44,924 nt of DNA from Myxococcota bacterium (GTDB lineage: Bacteria; Myxococcota_C; UBA6777), in the NCBI GenBank assembly GCA_023150835.1, contig JAKLKB010000042.1, positions 1-44,924 of the forward strand, given 5' to 3'. Each line of letters opens with the position of its first letter. Position 1 is the stretch's first letter. Below, piece after piece: positions 20,589 through 29,994 of the stretch. The notes beneath the pieces are model-generated. The model worked only from the letters and a program-made list of their open reading frames with translations. It was not told the origin of the DNA and did no database searches. The translations under genes were made by a program, and so were the position numbers.

Positions 20589-21014
20589 ATGACAACACCA
20601 TCCTCCCCTATCCAAACACGTGTCCGCTGGATCGAGAAGACCACCTTCCTTGGGACGGATTCACGCGGCCACGGCGTCTTGATATCGAGCGCCGAAGACG
20701 AGCCGGGCGTGAGCGCGATGCAGATGCTTTTGCTCGGGCTCGGAGCCTGTTCGATGTACGACGTGATCAACATCCTCCAGAAACAACGCCAACCGCTCAA
20801 AGGTGCTGAGATCGCCGTCAACGGCGAACGCGGCGACGAACCTCCCCGCCCTTGGAAGCGCATCCACATGCAGTTCACCTTCACAGGCGAAGGACTCGAC
20901 ACCGAAAAGATCGAACGCGCCATCTCTTTAAGTATCGAAAAATACTGCGGTGTTCACGGAACCCTGCGCGAAAGTGCCGAGATTACACACGCCTTCAACG
21001 TCCTGCCCGAGTGA
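20589..21014 (+). CDS. OsmC/YhfA-family protein
   Basis: MQMLLLGLGACSMYDV and SIEKYCGV two-Cys signature; GAGG RBS. Confidence 0.9.
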   Translation: MTTPSSPIQTRVRWIEKTTFLGTDSRGHGVLISSAEDEPGVSAMQMLLLGLGACSMYDVINILQKQRQPLKGAEIAVNGERGDEPPRPWKRIHMQFTFTGEGLDTEKIERAISLSIEKYCGVHGTLRESAEITHAFNVLPE

Positions 21015-21163
21015 TTTCAAGATGCTCTCGCACAAAAAGCCGAAGTGACGGGGAGATCACGACGCAAAAGCACTTTGACAGCCATGTGTTCTCGTGATAA
21101 GCGAGCCTCCGAAAAAGAACGCGAGGCGGATGCCTTGTTGCGTTGATGGAAACGGAGGATCGG

Positions 21164-22267
21164 ATGTACGCACGCACATCTCAGGGTTTTTTGTCGTGTT
21201 TTTCGGTGCGTTGGTGGTTTTTGTGGGCGGCTTGTTGCGGTTTGTTGTGGGCAGCAGGTTGTCAAAAACAAGACACGCTCTCTGCGACGGGGGCGGGGTT
21301 GGGAAAAGCTGCGGCTGGCGTGGTGAAGGTGTACACACACCGCCACTATCCGACAGACAAAGCGCTGTTTGCGCGGTTTGAGAAGGAAACAGGCATCAAG
21401 GTAGAAGTGGTACAAAATGCAGCGGATGCGCTGATCAAGCGGATCGAGTTGCAAGGAAAAAACACCGATGCGGATGTTTTGATTACGGTGGATGCGGGTC
21501 GTTTGGTTCGAGCGCAGCAAAAAGGGCTGTTGCAACCGATCAAATCGAAGGTACTCGAAGCAAATATCCCGAGTCCTCTGCGCGATCCGAAGGGGCATTG
21601 GTTTGGGTTGACGCGGCGAGCGCGGGTGATCGTGTACGCCAAGGATCGCGTGAAAGCTGCGGATCTACCGACGTATGAGTCCCTTGCAGAATCCCGTTGG
21701 AAAGGCAAGATCCTGATCCGTTCGTCGAACAACATCTACAACCAATCGTTGCTGGCGTCGCTCATCGCACATCACGGAAAAGAAAAAGCCCTTGCATGGG
21801 CCAAAGGCGTTGTCGCAAATATGGCGCGAACCCCCAAAGGCAGTGATCGCGGGCAGATGAAGGCGATCGCTGGCGGAGAAGGAGATATCGCGGTGGTCAA
21901 CACGTATTACATCGGTCTGATGCAGACCTCCGAGTCGGAAAAAGATCGCAAATTGGCGTCGATGCTTGGTGTGATCTTCCCGAACCAAGGAGATCGCGGT
22001 GCGCATATCAATATCAGCGGCGCAGGTGTGGTGCGTCACGCCCGAAACAAAGCCCATGCCGTGCGGTTTATCGAGTATCTATCGAGTCCTGCGGCCCAAC
22101 AGATGTTTGCCCAAGCCAATCACGAATACCCCGTCCATCCGAGTGTTCAGCCATCCAAGTTGGTGGCCTCGTGGGGAGATTTTCGTGCAGACACGATCCA
22201 CCTTTTTCAACTCGGGGACAAAAACAGCCAAGCTGTCGAAGTCTTTGATCAAGCAGGTTGGCGTTGA
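21164..22267 (+). CDS. Fe(III) ABC transporter substrate-binding lipoprotein (FutA/FbpA type)
   Basis: AAGC lipobox; YTHRHY, ADVLITVDAG, RSSNNIYNQSL, VNTYY, HINISGA, ANHEYP; GGAGG RBS. Confidence 0.92.
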   Translation: MYARTSQGFLSCFSVRWWFLWAACCGLLWAAGCQKQDTLSATGAGLGKAAAGVVKVYTHRHYPTDKALFARFEKETGIKVEVVQNAADALIKRIELQGKNTDADVLITVDAGRLVRAQQKGLLQPIKSKVLEANIPSPLRDPKGHWFGLTRRARVIVYAKDRVKAADLPTYESLAESRWKGKILIRSSNNIYNQSLLASLIAHHGKEKALAWAKGVVANMARTPKGSDRGQMKAIAGGEGDIAVVNTYYIGLMQTSESEKDRKLASMLGVIFPNQGDRGAHINISGAGVVRHARNKAHAVRFIEYLSSPAAQQMFAQANHEYPVHPSVQPSKLVASWGDFRADTIHLFQLGDKNSQAVEVFDQAGWR

Positions 22268-23919
22268 GCACCTTCGTTTCGTGGATGCGCGCACGTTTTC
22301 GTCGGCAAAGCCCGTGGGTTTGGTCCACAGCGTTGATCACGGGATTGATCGCGTTGCCGTTGTTGTTTGTATTGAGCCGTTTGGTGGAAGGCGGGACAGG
22401 CGGGTTATTTGGGGCGGTGTTTGGGCAGACGACACGAGGCTATCTGTGGAATACGTTGCGGTTGTTTTTGGGCGTGGGGGTGTTGTGTTTTGTGTGGGGC
22501 GTGGGGACGGCGTGGCTGGTGACGCAGTATGAATTCCCGGGGCGACGGGGGTTGAGTGGCGCGTTGATCTTACCGTTGGTGATCCCGACGTATATCTTGG
22601 CATACGCATACGCGGGGGCGTTGGATGTGACGGGGCCTGTGGAAGGTTTGTTGCGCTGGTGGTGGGGCGCACCGATGGGTCGGGCGCGTCGCGTCCCCTT
22701 CGAGATCATGAGTTTGTGGGGACTCACGCTGTTGCTTGCGCTGAACTTGTACCCGTATGTGTTGATGACATGCCGTGCGGCTTTTACGCGACAATCGGTG
22801 GGAGTTTGGGAGGTCGCAAAGAGCCTTGGGGTGGGGCCGTGGCGAACCTTTTTCACGGTGATCTTGCCGATGACACGGCCCGCTTGGGTGGGTGGATTGA
22901 CGCTTTGTCTGTTAGAAGTGGTCAATGACTACGGAGCCGCCGAATATTACGGTGTGGATACTTTTGCGACAGCGATCTTTCGGGCGTGGTTTGGCCGAGA
23001 CGATGCGCCGTTGGCGATCCGAATGGCTGCGTTGTTGATGCTACTGGTGTTGGTGTTGTTGGGTTTGGAGCGCTGGCAACGGGGCGAAGCGCGGTACCAC
23101 GAGGGCAAAAGTGTTCGCCCGATGTTGCGACAACCGCTTCATGGCGGATGGGCGTGGATGGCGACGTTGTTTTGTGTTGTGCCGTTTTTTTTCGGGTTTG
23201 TGTTGCCTGTGTTGCAGCTTGGGTGGTGGACTTGGCAGACGGGAAGCAAGCACCTCAACGCGGGCTTTGGTCGGTTGTTGATGAATAGCGTGTGGGTGGC
23301 GGGGAGCGTTGCGCTGTGCGCGGTGGGTGTAGCCTTGGTGATCGCCTACACGGTGCGGGTCTTTGAGGGGCCTTGGGTGCAACGGATGGCGCGGTTGGCG
23401 TTGGTGGGTTATTCGATCCCGGGGACGGTGATCGCGGTGGGAGTGATGGTCGTGGCCGCCCAAGTCGATCGGCTGTTGATGGGCTGGCGTTGGACGCATC
23501 AAACGATGCTGGGGGGGTCTTTTGGTTTGCTGCTTGCGGCCTTTGTGGTGCGCTTTCTGATGGTGGCGTACTCTCCGATCGAAACAGGCTTTCAAAAGAA
23601 TGGCCGCAACCTCAACGAAGCCTCCCGCTTGCTCGGGCATTCTCCTTGGCGGACCCTATGGCTTGTCGAACTTCCCTTGATGAAAAGCGCCTTGCTTGCG
23701 GCTTTTTTGTTGGTCTTTATCGACGCGCTCAAGGAGCTACCCTTGACGCTGTTTTTGCGTTGGGGGAACTTTCAAACCCTATCGACCGAGATCTACAACT
23801 ACGCAAAGCAGATGGAAGTCGCAGAAGAAGCCGGACTCTACGCGCTTTTTCTGGTGTTGGTCGGGATGCTCCCCGTGTTTTTCTTAGAAAAACTGCTCGG
23901 GCATCAGGGTGATCGATAA
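22264..23919 (+). CDS. Fe(III) ABC transporter permease (FbpB type)
   Basis: Duplicated permease halves with EVAKSLG and EASRLLG (EAA) motifs; KELPLTL; overlaps the upstream stop. Confidence 0.92.
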   Translation: MSTFVSWMRARFRRQSPWVWSTALITGLIALPLLFVLSRLVEGGTGGLFGAVFGQTTRGYLWNTLRLFLGVGVLCFVWGVGTAWLVTQYEFPGRRGLSGALILPLVIPTYILAYAYAGALDVTGPVEGLLRWWWGAPMGRARRVPFEIMSLWGLTLLLALNLYPYVLMTCRAAFTRQSVGVWEVAKSLGVGPWRTFFTVILPMTRPAWVGGLTLCLLEVVNDYGAAEYYGVDTFATAIFRAWFGRDDAPLAIRMAALLMLLVLVLLGLERWQRGEARYHEGKSVRPMLRQPLHGGWAWMATLFCVVPFFFGFVLPVLQLGWWTWQTGSKHLNAGFGRLLMNSVWVAGSVALCAVGVALVIAYTVRVFEGPWVQRMARLALVGYSIPGTVIAVGVMVVAAQVDRLLMGWRWTHQTMLGGSFGLLLAAFVVRFLMVAYSPIETGFQKNGRNLNEASRLLGHSPWRTLWLVELPLMKSALLAAFLLVFIDALKELPLTLFLRWGNFQTLSTEIYNYAKQMEVAEEAGLYALFLVLVGMLPVFFLEKLLGHQGDR

Positions 23920-23944
23920 TACGACATCCAATCTCTTATGATCC

Positions 23945-24415
23945 GTGATGTAAAGACTCTAGTTTGTGATGCAAAGCCTCTAGTTTGTGATGCAAAGCCT
24001 CTAGTTTGTGATGCAAAGCCTCTGGTTTGTGATGTAATACGAAATCCGCCCGCTGTGTGATCGTAAAGAGGTAGGGGCAGCCCCCTGTGGCTGCCCAACA
24101 ATCGGGCGTCTACGCAATACCTTACGATCACGGATCACTCGGATATCGTATAAAGCCTCTGGTTTGTGATGTAAAGCCTCTGGTTTGTGATGTAAAGCCT
24201 CTGGTTTGTGATACAAAGCCTCTGGTTTGTGATACAAAGCCTCTGATTTGTGATGCAAAGCCTCTGGTTTGTGATGCAAAGCCTCTGGTTTGTGATGCAA
24301 AGCCTCTGGTTTGTGATGCAAAGCCTCTGGTTTGTGATGCAAAGCCTCTGGTTTGTGATGCAAAGCCTCTGGTTTGTGATGCAAAGCCTCTGGCGTGTGA
24401 TGTAAAGTCTCTGGT
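23945..24415. repeat. 21-bp tandem array (gtgatgcaaagcctctggttt), ~17 units, split by a MITE
   Basis: About 4.5 units at 23945-24037 and about 12.5 units at 24151-24415. Confidence 0.95.
24038..24150 (+). mobile_element. MITE family A copy 2 with a 3-bp TAA target-site duplication
   Basis: taa|tacgaaatccg...cggatatcgta|taa; removing the element and one taa restores the repeat unit gatgtaaagcctct; internal gtaggggcagccccctgtggctgccc. Confidence 0.88.
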
Positions 24416-24482
24416 AAAAAACACTGACCACCCAACCGATACGGGATCCATACCATACAACCGAGCGAAGATAGGGAGAGCG

Positions 24483-25643
24483 ATGTCTTTTTTTGAAGCG
24501 CAAGGCGTGACACGTCGGTACGCAGGGGCAAGCGAAGACGCGATCCATGCGATCGATATCTCGTTGGATGCAGGGGATTCTTTGGTGCTGGTAGGAGAAA
24601 GTGGCAGCGGCAAAACCACATTTCTTCGGTGTATCGCGGGTTTCGAGATCCCCGATCGTGGGACGATCCGTTGCCAAGGCAAAGCGTGGGTAAGTCCCAC
24701 CGAATGGCTGCCCCCTGAAAAACGGGGGATCGGTATGTTGTTTCAAGATTACGCGTTGTTTCCGCATCTACGGGTGGGAGCGAATATCGCGTTTGGGCTG
24801 CGGCATCTGACCCGCGCAGAGCAAGAACAAACGGTCACACGAACGCTTGCTCAAGTCCGATTGACGGGCTATGCGGAGCGCTATCCGCATCAATTGTCGG
24901 GAGGACAACAACAGCGGGTCGCGTTGGCGCGAGCGCTTGCGGCCCACCCACGCTTGCTACTGCTCGATGAACCCTTTAGCAACCTCGACGAGATGGTCAA
25001 AGCGGAGATCCGCGAAGAGATCTACGGCTTGTTGCGCACGCTTGGGATCGCGACGATCTCGGTCGTTCACGATAGCCGAGACGCTCTGCGTTGTGGCGAT
25101 CAGATCGCCTTGTTGCACCGAGGCCGCCTGCTCCAAGTCGCCTCCCCTCAAGATCTGTATCTCCGCCCAGCATCGTGTTATGCAGCCCGCTTTTTGGGAC
25201 CTGCCAATCTTGTTCCCGCCGAGCGCAAGGCTGGCGCGTATCATTGCGCCTTGGGTGTCCTCCCTGCCCCACACGATCCGCGCCCTCCCGCCCAAGGATG
25301 GCTGTGCATCCGCCCCGAACACCTTTCGATGGGCGGTGCGCAGATATCGGATATCCCGCTCATTGCGATCTCCTGCGCGATCCGCGCCTGCCACTTTCTC
25401 GGTCCGTACTGGGAGATCCATCTAACTCCACACCCCGCACATCCCCAAACCGCCCTTCTCTACGCCTCTTCGCCTGCGCCCATCCGCCCTGCTCTCTTCG
25501 GCGATCCCTCAAAAGACGCCGCCCCTCCGACACAAGGAGCAGAGACTTCATGGATCGCCCATCTTTCGACCCATGCGCCACCCACTCCCCACACCACCGC
25601 GACTTTTTATGTTTCCGCCCATCACCTCTGCTGGATCGAATAA
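24483..25643 (+). CDS. Fe(III) ABC transporter ATP-binding protein (FbpC type)
   Basis: GESGSGKT, FQDYALFPHL, LSGGQQQR, LLLDEPF; GGGAGAG RBS before ATG 24483. Confidence 0.92.
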   Translation: MSFFEAQGVTRRYAGASEDAIHAIDISLDAGDSLVLVGESGSGKTTFLRCIAGFEIPDRGTIRCQGKAWVSPTEWLPPEKRGIGMLFQDYALFPHLRVGANIAFGLRHLTRAEQEQTVTRTLAQVRLTGYAERYPHQLSGGQQQRVALARALAAHPRLLLLDEPFSNLDEMVKAEIREEIYGLLRTLGIATISVVHDSRDALRCGDQIALLHRGRLLQVASPQDLYLRPASCYAARFLGPANLVPAERKAGAYHCALGVLPAPHDPRPPAQGWLCIRPEHLSMGGAQISDIPLIAISCAIRACHFLGPYWEIHLTPHPAHPQTALLYASSPAPIRPALFGDPSKDAAPPTQGAETSWIAHLSTHAPPTPHTTATFYVSAHHLCWIE

Positions 25644-25755
25644 TACGATATCCGAGAGATCGAAGGGTCGGTGCGAGCCTCTGTATCCACCCTGTTTTTG
25701 GGCAGCCACAGGGGGCTGCCCCTACATATTGGCGACAGCATGGGCGGATTTTGTA
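25644..25755 (-). mobile_element. MITE family A copy 3 (inverted, diverged), directly after the ATPase TAA stop
   Basis: tacgatatccgag...gggcagccacagggggctgcccctac...cggattttgta; 112 bp; flanks taa / tca. Confidence 0.75.
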
Positions 25756-25827
25756 TCACCTCCACCCGCTCCTAGCTCTGTCTCCCCTCACCCAAAACAC
25801 CTGAATGTAGGGCCTCTACAACGCGCC

Positions 25828-28800
25828 CTACAGCAAACCCAAAAGTGAAAGCAGCCAACGCAAAAATTGAATCCCCCCAAAGAGACTTGATAGAGCGATC
25901 AAACCCAACAGGAAAACCGCCAAAACACGGTGACTGTCGAGAAAGTGGGCGTATCCCTGTACGCCGCGTTTGACGAACGTCGAAGTACAATAAATTCCGC
26001 TGCGTGCGTCGAGATAAGCTTCTAACTCGGCAGCCAACGGCTCCAAAGTCCCGTAGCGTTCGGCAGGATCGCGGGCCATCGCTTTGGCGATCATAAAGCC
26101 TAGCTCCCGAGGAACGCGGCCTTGCGCAGGATGCACGACCGACCACGCGGGCGCAGGATCCGTTTGGGTGATCGCTCCAAGCAAGGCTTCCAATGTTTCG
26201 CATGACTCAAACGGATGGCGCAACGTCGTCAACTCATAAAACAACACACCCAAGCTAAAGATATCACTGCGCTGATCCATCGCGTCATGCTTGCCATACG
26301 CCTGTTCTGGCGACATGTACGCAGGAGTTCCCACAAGAATGCCTTGTTGCGTCTCAAACAGCCGTTGCGGCGGGAGATCCAACGAAGGGATCGAGCCATC
26401 CAGCGTTTGCGCAAGAGTTCCTGCGTCGCGATGGAAAGGCTTACTCAAGCCCCAATCCATCACCATCACCTCACCATAAGCTCCGACGCGGATATTGCAG
26501 GGCTTGAGATCGCGGTGGATGATTTGTTTGTTGTGTGCAAAACGAACAGCCTCGACGATCTCCAAAAACATCCGCGCCCTTCGCTCGAAGGGATAGCGTT
26601 TGTGGTAGTCGGGATCGCCTTCGCGCAACTTGCCGATCAGGGTGCTTAAATCTTCGCCTTGGACGTACTTCATAACGAAGTAATACTGGCCCTCGTCATC
26701 CATCCCAACGTCGTGGAGAGGTACGATGTTGGGGTGTTCAAGCTGTCCTGTGTGACGGATCTCTTCAAGAAAACGCAGCAGCGCACTTTCGGCTTTACTG
26801 CCTTTCAGCCGCTTCATCGCCGCAAGCCGCAAGATATCGTGATCACGCACCAACAAGACCTGCCCAACACCACCTTCGCCAAGCATCTGCAACGGCTCAT
26901 AGCGTTGCTTTTCTTCGGAAGTGACCGCGACCCACAAGCCCTCTTGGTTTTTGCGCGGAAGCACCGTCCCTTTCACAAAGGTGCGCGTCACATCGTGCCG
27001 GATATTCGGCTTTTTTGATGTGCCGCTTTGTGTGACATGGCCCTCAGGCGACAAAGCATCCGCATCCCTCGCCACGACAGGGGGGGAGATCGCGTGTTGC
27101 GCAGAAGAAGGACTCAAAGCAGCGGAAGAAGGCCCATTCATCGGAAAAGAAGCGGGTCTCGAAGAGGAAACAGCAAGAGCAGCCGAAGACGAGATCACAG
27201 GCAACTTGGGAGAAGAAGAAAACACCGAAGAAGAGGGCGCGTTGGAGAGGGAAGGCATAGCAGGCACAGAAGAAGAAGGCGACACAGAAGAAGAAGGCGA
27301 CACAGAAGAAGAAGGCGACACAGAAGGAGAGGCCGAGAGTGCGTTGGCAACAGAAGAGGCCGAGGGTGCGTTGGCAACAGAAGAGGCCGAGGGTGCGTTG
27401 ACAACAGAAGAGGCCGAGGGTGCGAGGTTTCTCCCTGCGTCTGGTGTGGCCGCAGGGATCGTCACAACAGGTATCGCTGCGTCGCTTTGGTAATCTTTGG
27501 GGGTCAGCGAAGAAGCCCGAATGACCGTCGCTTCCCATGAAGGGGTTTGAGCGTCATCGGCGATCGTCTGACTTTGCGATGGATTCGGAGCAGTCGGCAT
27601 CTTAGAAGTGTTCGGAATCTGCGGGGGGGTCGGCATTTGCGGAGCAGATGAAACCTGCAAAGGGAGCGGCGCTCGCTCTGAAGCTTTCGCTTGGAGATCC
27701 CCGGATGTCGGCTCGTTTGTTTCAGTTTCAAGGTTTGGCCGCGACAGCTTCGGCTCATCAAGTACGGTCTGCTTCCAATCGCCCGCTGCGAGTCCATCGA
27801 CTTTTGTATCTTTGACGGGGTTGCGGATTTCTCTCGCAGATGGGGTGTGTTCAAGAGACGAAGGGGTAAACAAAGCGGAGAGAGAAGAATCAAGGGTGGG
27901 TTTTTCGGAAAAGAGAGGAAACGTATCGAGGACGGATGCTGCGTTCGAGTCGATCTCGGCAAGCAGATCGGGCCGCTTTTCTTTTGGCTCGGAAGGCGTA
28001 GAAAGAGGCTCCTCACGATGACGCGAGACCGAAGGAAGGGCCGCTTCGGCGGGTGGCACGGAAGGGGCCTGTCCAAGCGGTGCATGAGCCAAGGGCGGAG
28101 TGGATGGCTTACCGACCAAAGGAGGAAGAAGCGGCCTACCGAGCAAGGGAGGGAGCGGCTTGGTCTGTTCGGGTATCAGCGGGGGTAGCTTGTGCAAACC
28201 CATCTTCAAGGCATCTTGGAGAAGGATCTGTTGGGTTTCGGCATTATCGGACTCCTCGTCATAAAAAAGCGCAGGATGGACATCGACACGCGCCGAAGAG
28301 GGGCCCTCGCCGAAACGAAGCGATGCCACTTCAGCCGACGACATGTGTTGCGTACGTTCGGTTCCTGCATCGTCATCCTCGTAATATCCGCCCAAATCAG
28401 CGTCTGCGCTTTGGCTTGCATGGTTCGGGAAAGCCGATGTATCGGAAAAATTCAATGAATCATCTTGCTTTAGAGGGAGCGATATCGTGAGGAGATCGGT
28501 GGTTTGCGTAGGTCCGTCGTTGGGTGAGGGGGCTTGAAGCGATGCCATGTCGATACGAGGGCGAGTGTTTTCTTTGAGTCGGTGACGAAGCAGCGTGGGT
28601 TCTTCGGCACCTTTGATATCGATGGATCCGTCTTTTCGACGTTCGACACGGAACGAGCGGTTGGTGTTGTCCTCGTCGTCTTCGTCGTCCGTTGGGGGTT
28701 TGGTGGTTCTTTCGATCAAGTGATCGACGCGCCGCAAAAGTTCGGTTCCGATGGGCAAAGCAGAAGCCTCCATCTCGCCGACGCTACCCCCAAAAGCACC

Positions 28801-29115
28801 GTACCGAACGCCTTTTTGTTTGGGCTGTGTGTACGAAGACTCTTGAACGCCTTTTTGTTCGGGCTGTGTGTACGAAGACTCTCGAATGCTCGAAGGGTCA
28901 ACAAGTGTAAAGGGAGATTCTTGGACGCCCGTTTGATCGAGGGCTGTGTTTGCGGAGGCTTGGACGCCCGTTTGATCGAGGATCGTGTTCGGCGATTCTT
29001 GGATGCCGACTTGATCAAGGAGTGTTTGGTCTTTTGCGAGGGGGGGGTGTGCTGGTGCGTGTGTGGGATCTTGCGCAGCGAGACGTTCTGATTTGACCTG
29101 ATCGCTTTTTGCCAT
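25828..29115 (-). CDS. Ser/Thr protein kinase with a ~730-aa low-complexity N-terminus and a C-terminal TM
   Basis: LGEGGVG, AMK, HRDLKPCN, DWG, GTPAYMSPE; hydrophobic C-terminal segment. Confidence 0.92.
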   Translation of the reverse strand: MAKSDQVKSERLAAQDPTHAPAHPPLAKDQTLLDQVGIQESPNTILDQTGVQASANTALDQTGVQESPFTLVDPSSIRESSYTQPEQKGVQESSYTQPKQKGVRYGAFGGSVGEMEASALPIGTELLRRVDHLIERTTKPPTDDEDDEDNTNRSFRVERRKDGSIDIKGAEEPTLLRHRLKENTRPRIDMASLQAPSPNDGPTQTTDLLTISLPLKQDDSLNFSDTSAFPNHASQSADADLGGYYEDDDAGTERTQHMSSAEVASLRFGEGPSSARVDVHPALFYDEESDNAETQQILLQDALKMGLHKLPPLIPEQTKPLPPLLGRPLLPPLVGKPSTPPLAHAPLGQAPSVPPAEAALPSVSRHREEPLSTPSEPKEKRPDLLAEIDSNAASVLDTFPLFSEKPTLDSSLSALFTPSSLEHTPSAREIRNPVKDTKVDGLAAGDWKQTVLDEPKLSRPNLETETNEPTSGDLQAKASERAPLPLQVSSAPQMPTPPQIPNTSKMPTAPNPSQSQTIADDAQTPSWEATVIRASSLTPKDYQSDAAIPVVTIPAATPDAGRNLAPSASSVVNAPSASSVANAPSASSVANALSASPSVSPSSSVSPSSSVSPSSSVPAMPSLSNAPSSSVFSSSPKLPVISSSAALAVSSSRPASFPMNGPSSAALSPSSAQHAISPPVVARDADALSPEGHVTQSGTSKKPNIRHDVTRTFVKGTVLPRKNQEGLWVAVTSEEKQRYEPLQMLGEGGVGQVLLVRDHDILRLAAMKRLKGSKAESALLRFLEEIRHTGQLEHPNIVPLHDVGMDDEGQYYFVMKYVQGEDLSTLIGKLREGDPDYHKRYPFERRARMFLEIVEAVRFAHNKQIIHRDLKPCNIRVGAYGEVMVMDWGLSKPFHRDAGTLAQTLDGSIPSLDLPPQRLFETQQGILVGTPAYMSPEQAYGKHDAMDQRSDIFSLGVLFYELTTLRHPFESCETLEALLGAITQTDPAPAWSVVHPAQGRVPRELGFMIAKAMARDPAERYGTLEPLAAELEAYLDARSGIYCTSTFVKRGVQGYAHFLDSHRVLAVFLLGLIALSSLFGGIQFLRWLLSLLGLL
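27264..27423 (-). repeat. Coding 18-bp (SSSVSP) and 27-bp (APSASSVAN) tandem repeats
   Basis: Read directly from sequence and translation. Confidence 0.9.
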
Positions 29116-29288
29116 CGTGTGTGCCTTCGTTTTGCAGCCCCGTTCCAAGGCGCGGAAACAACGAGAAAACCCTGCGCATCTCGGAGAATACCCACGCGCA
29201 AAGTACTACGCCACCGATCCCCCTGTCAACGTGCATTTCGCTTGGTCATTCGATGATTTAGGCTTGTTTGTGAAGGGCCTGTCCAAAA

Positions 29289-29855
29289 TTACGTACCTTG
29301 ACGGCAAGCCTCTTTCCAACATTGCCGACACATCGGCTCCCATGTGCCGCCCTCGTCTTCTCCATCTCCGACGCGTGCGGTGTGCGTCGCTTCACAATCA
29401 CAACGCCCGACAGCAGTCAGTTTGGTCACTTGTTCTGCGACCCCCATCGTCAGTGCCATCGGTAAAAAAGGGCGACCTGTGTAATCCATATCCAATCCCG
29501 CCACGATCACGCGATGACCTGCATTGGCCAACGCGACCGCAGCTTCGAGCAGATCGTCGAACCACTGCGCCTCATCAAAAGCAACCACGCCATAAGGTCC
29601 GCCCCAATCGTATTCTTGGATCATCTGCAACGCCGCACAAGCCCGCGATGAAGCAACAGCCGCCATCTGCTCACCTTGGCGCGATTCGATCTTGTCTTCA
29701 TACCGCCCACGCGGTGGGATCAAGACGATCGGGCGGCGTCCTGCGATCTGTTCTCGCCGCAAGCGCCGCAACATCTCCTCCGTTTTTCCCGAAAACATCG
29801 GCCCACAGATCACTTCGATTCGCCCCCCTCTCCTTTGGTTTCGCCACCCGTGCAT
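29289..29855 (-). CDS. tdk: Thymidine kinase (TK1 type)
   Basis: ICGPMFSGKT P-loop, FDEAQW, VAGLDMDYTGRPF, KLTAV, C-terminal CRQC; AAGGAG RBS. Confidence 0.88.
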   Translation of the reverse strand: MHGWRNQRRGGRIEVICGPMFSGKTEEMLRRLRREQIAGRRPIVLIPPRGRYEDKIESRQGEQMAAVASSRACAALQMIQEYDWGGPYGVVAFDEAQWFDDLLEAAVALANAGHRVIVAGLDMDYTGRPFLPMALTMGVAEQVTKLTAVGRCDCEATHTARVGDGEDEGGTWEPMCRQCWKEACRQGT

Positions 29856-29878
29856 CCTCGCTCCTTCTTCAATGTATA

Positions 29879-29994
29879 TAGGACTTACGCAGTTGGATAC
29901 GAAAAAGGCCCATGTTCGGGCGCGGGCGGTTCGCGAACCGCCCCTACAACGCGTTGATTCTTCACGGTTTCCCTTTTCAACTGCGTAAGTCCTA
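29879..29994. mobile_element. MITE family B: 116 bp, perfect 17-bp TIRs, 6-bp TSD, internal GTAG REP
   Basis: tgtata|taggacttacgcagttg...caactgcgtaagtccta|tgtata; internal gggcggttcgcgaaccgcccctac. Confidence 0.9.

Noticed and set aside
23945-24415. Possible CRISPR array (also considered for 32326-32835 and 44703-44924)
   Set aside because: Units are contiguous with no unique spacers, and there are no cas genes in the window
24087-24482. Cys-rich N-terminal extension of the ABC ATPase as the annotated start
   Set aside because: The GTG start lies inside a MITE with no clear RBS; ATG 24483 has GGGAGAG and gives a normal-length protein
26450-26462. DWG instead of DFG as a sign of a pseudokinase
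   Set aside because: The catalytic Asp is kept, DWG is a common variant in bacterial Ser/Thr kinases, and the other motifs are intact
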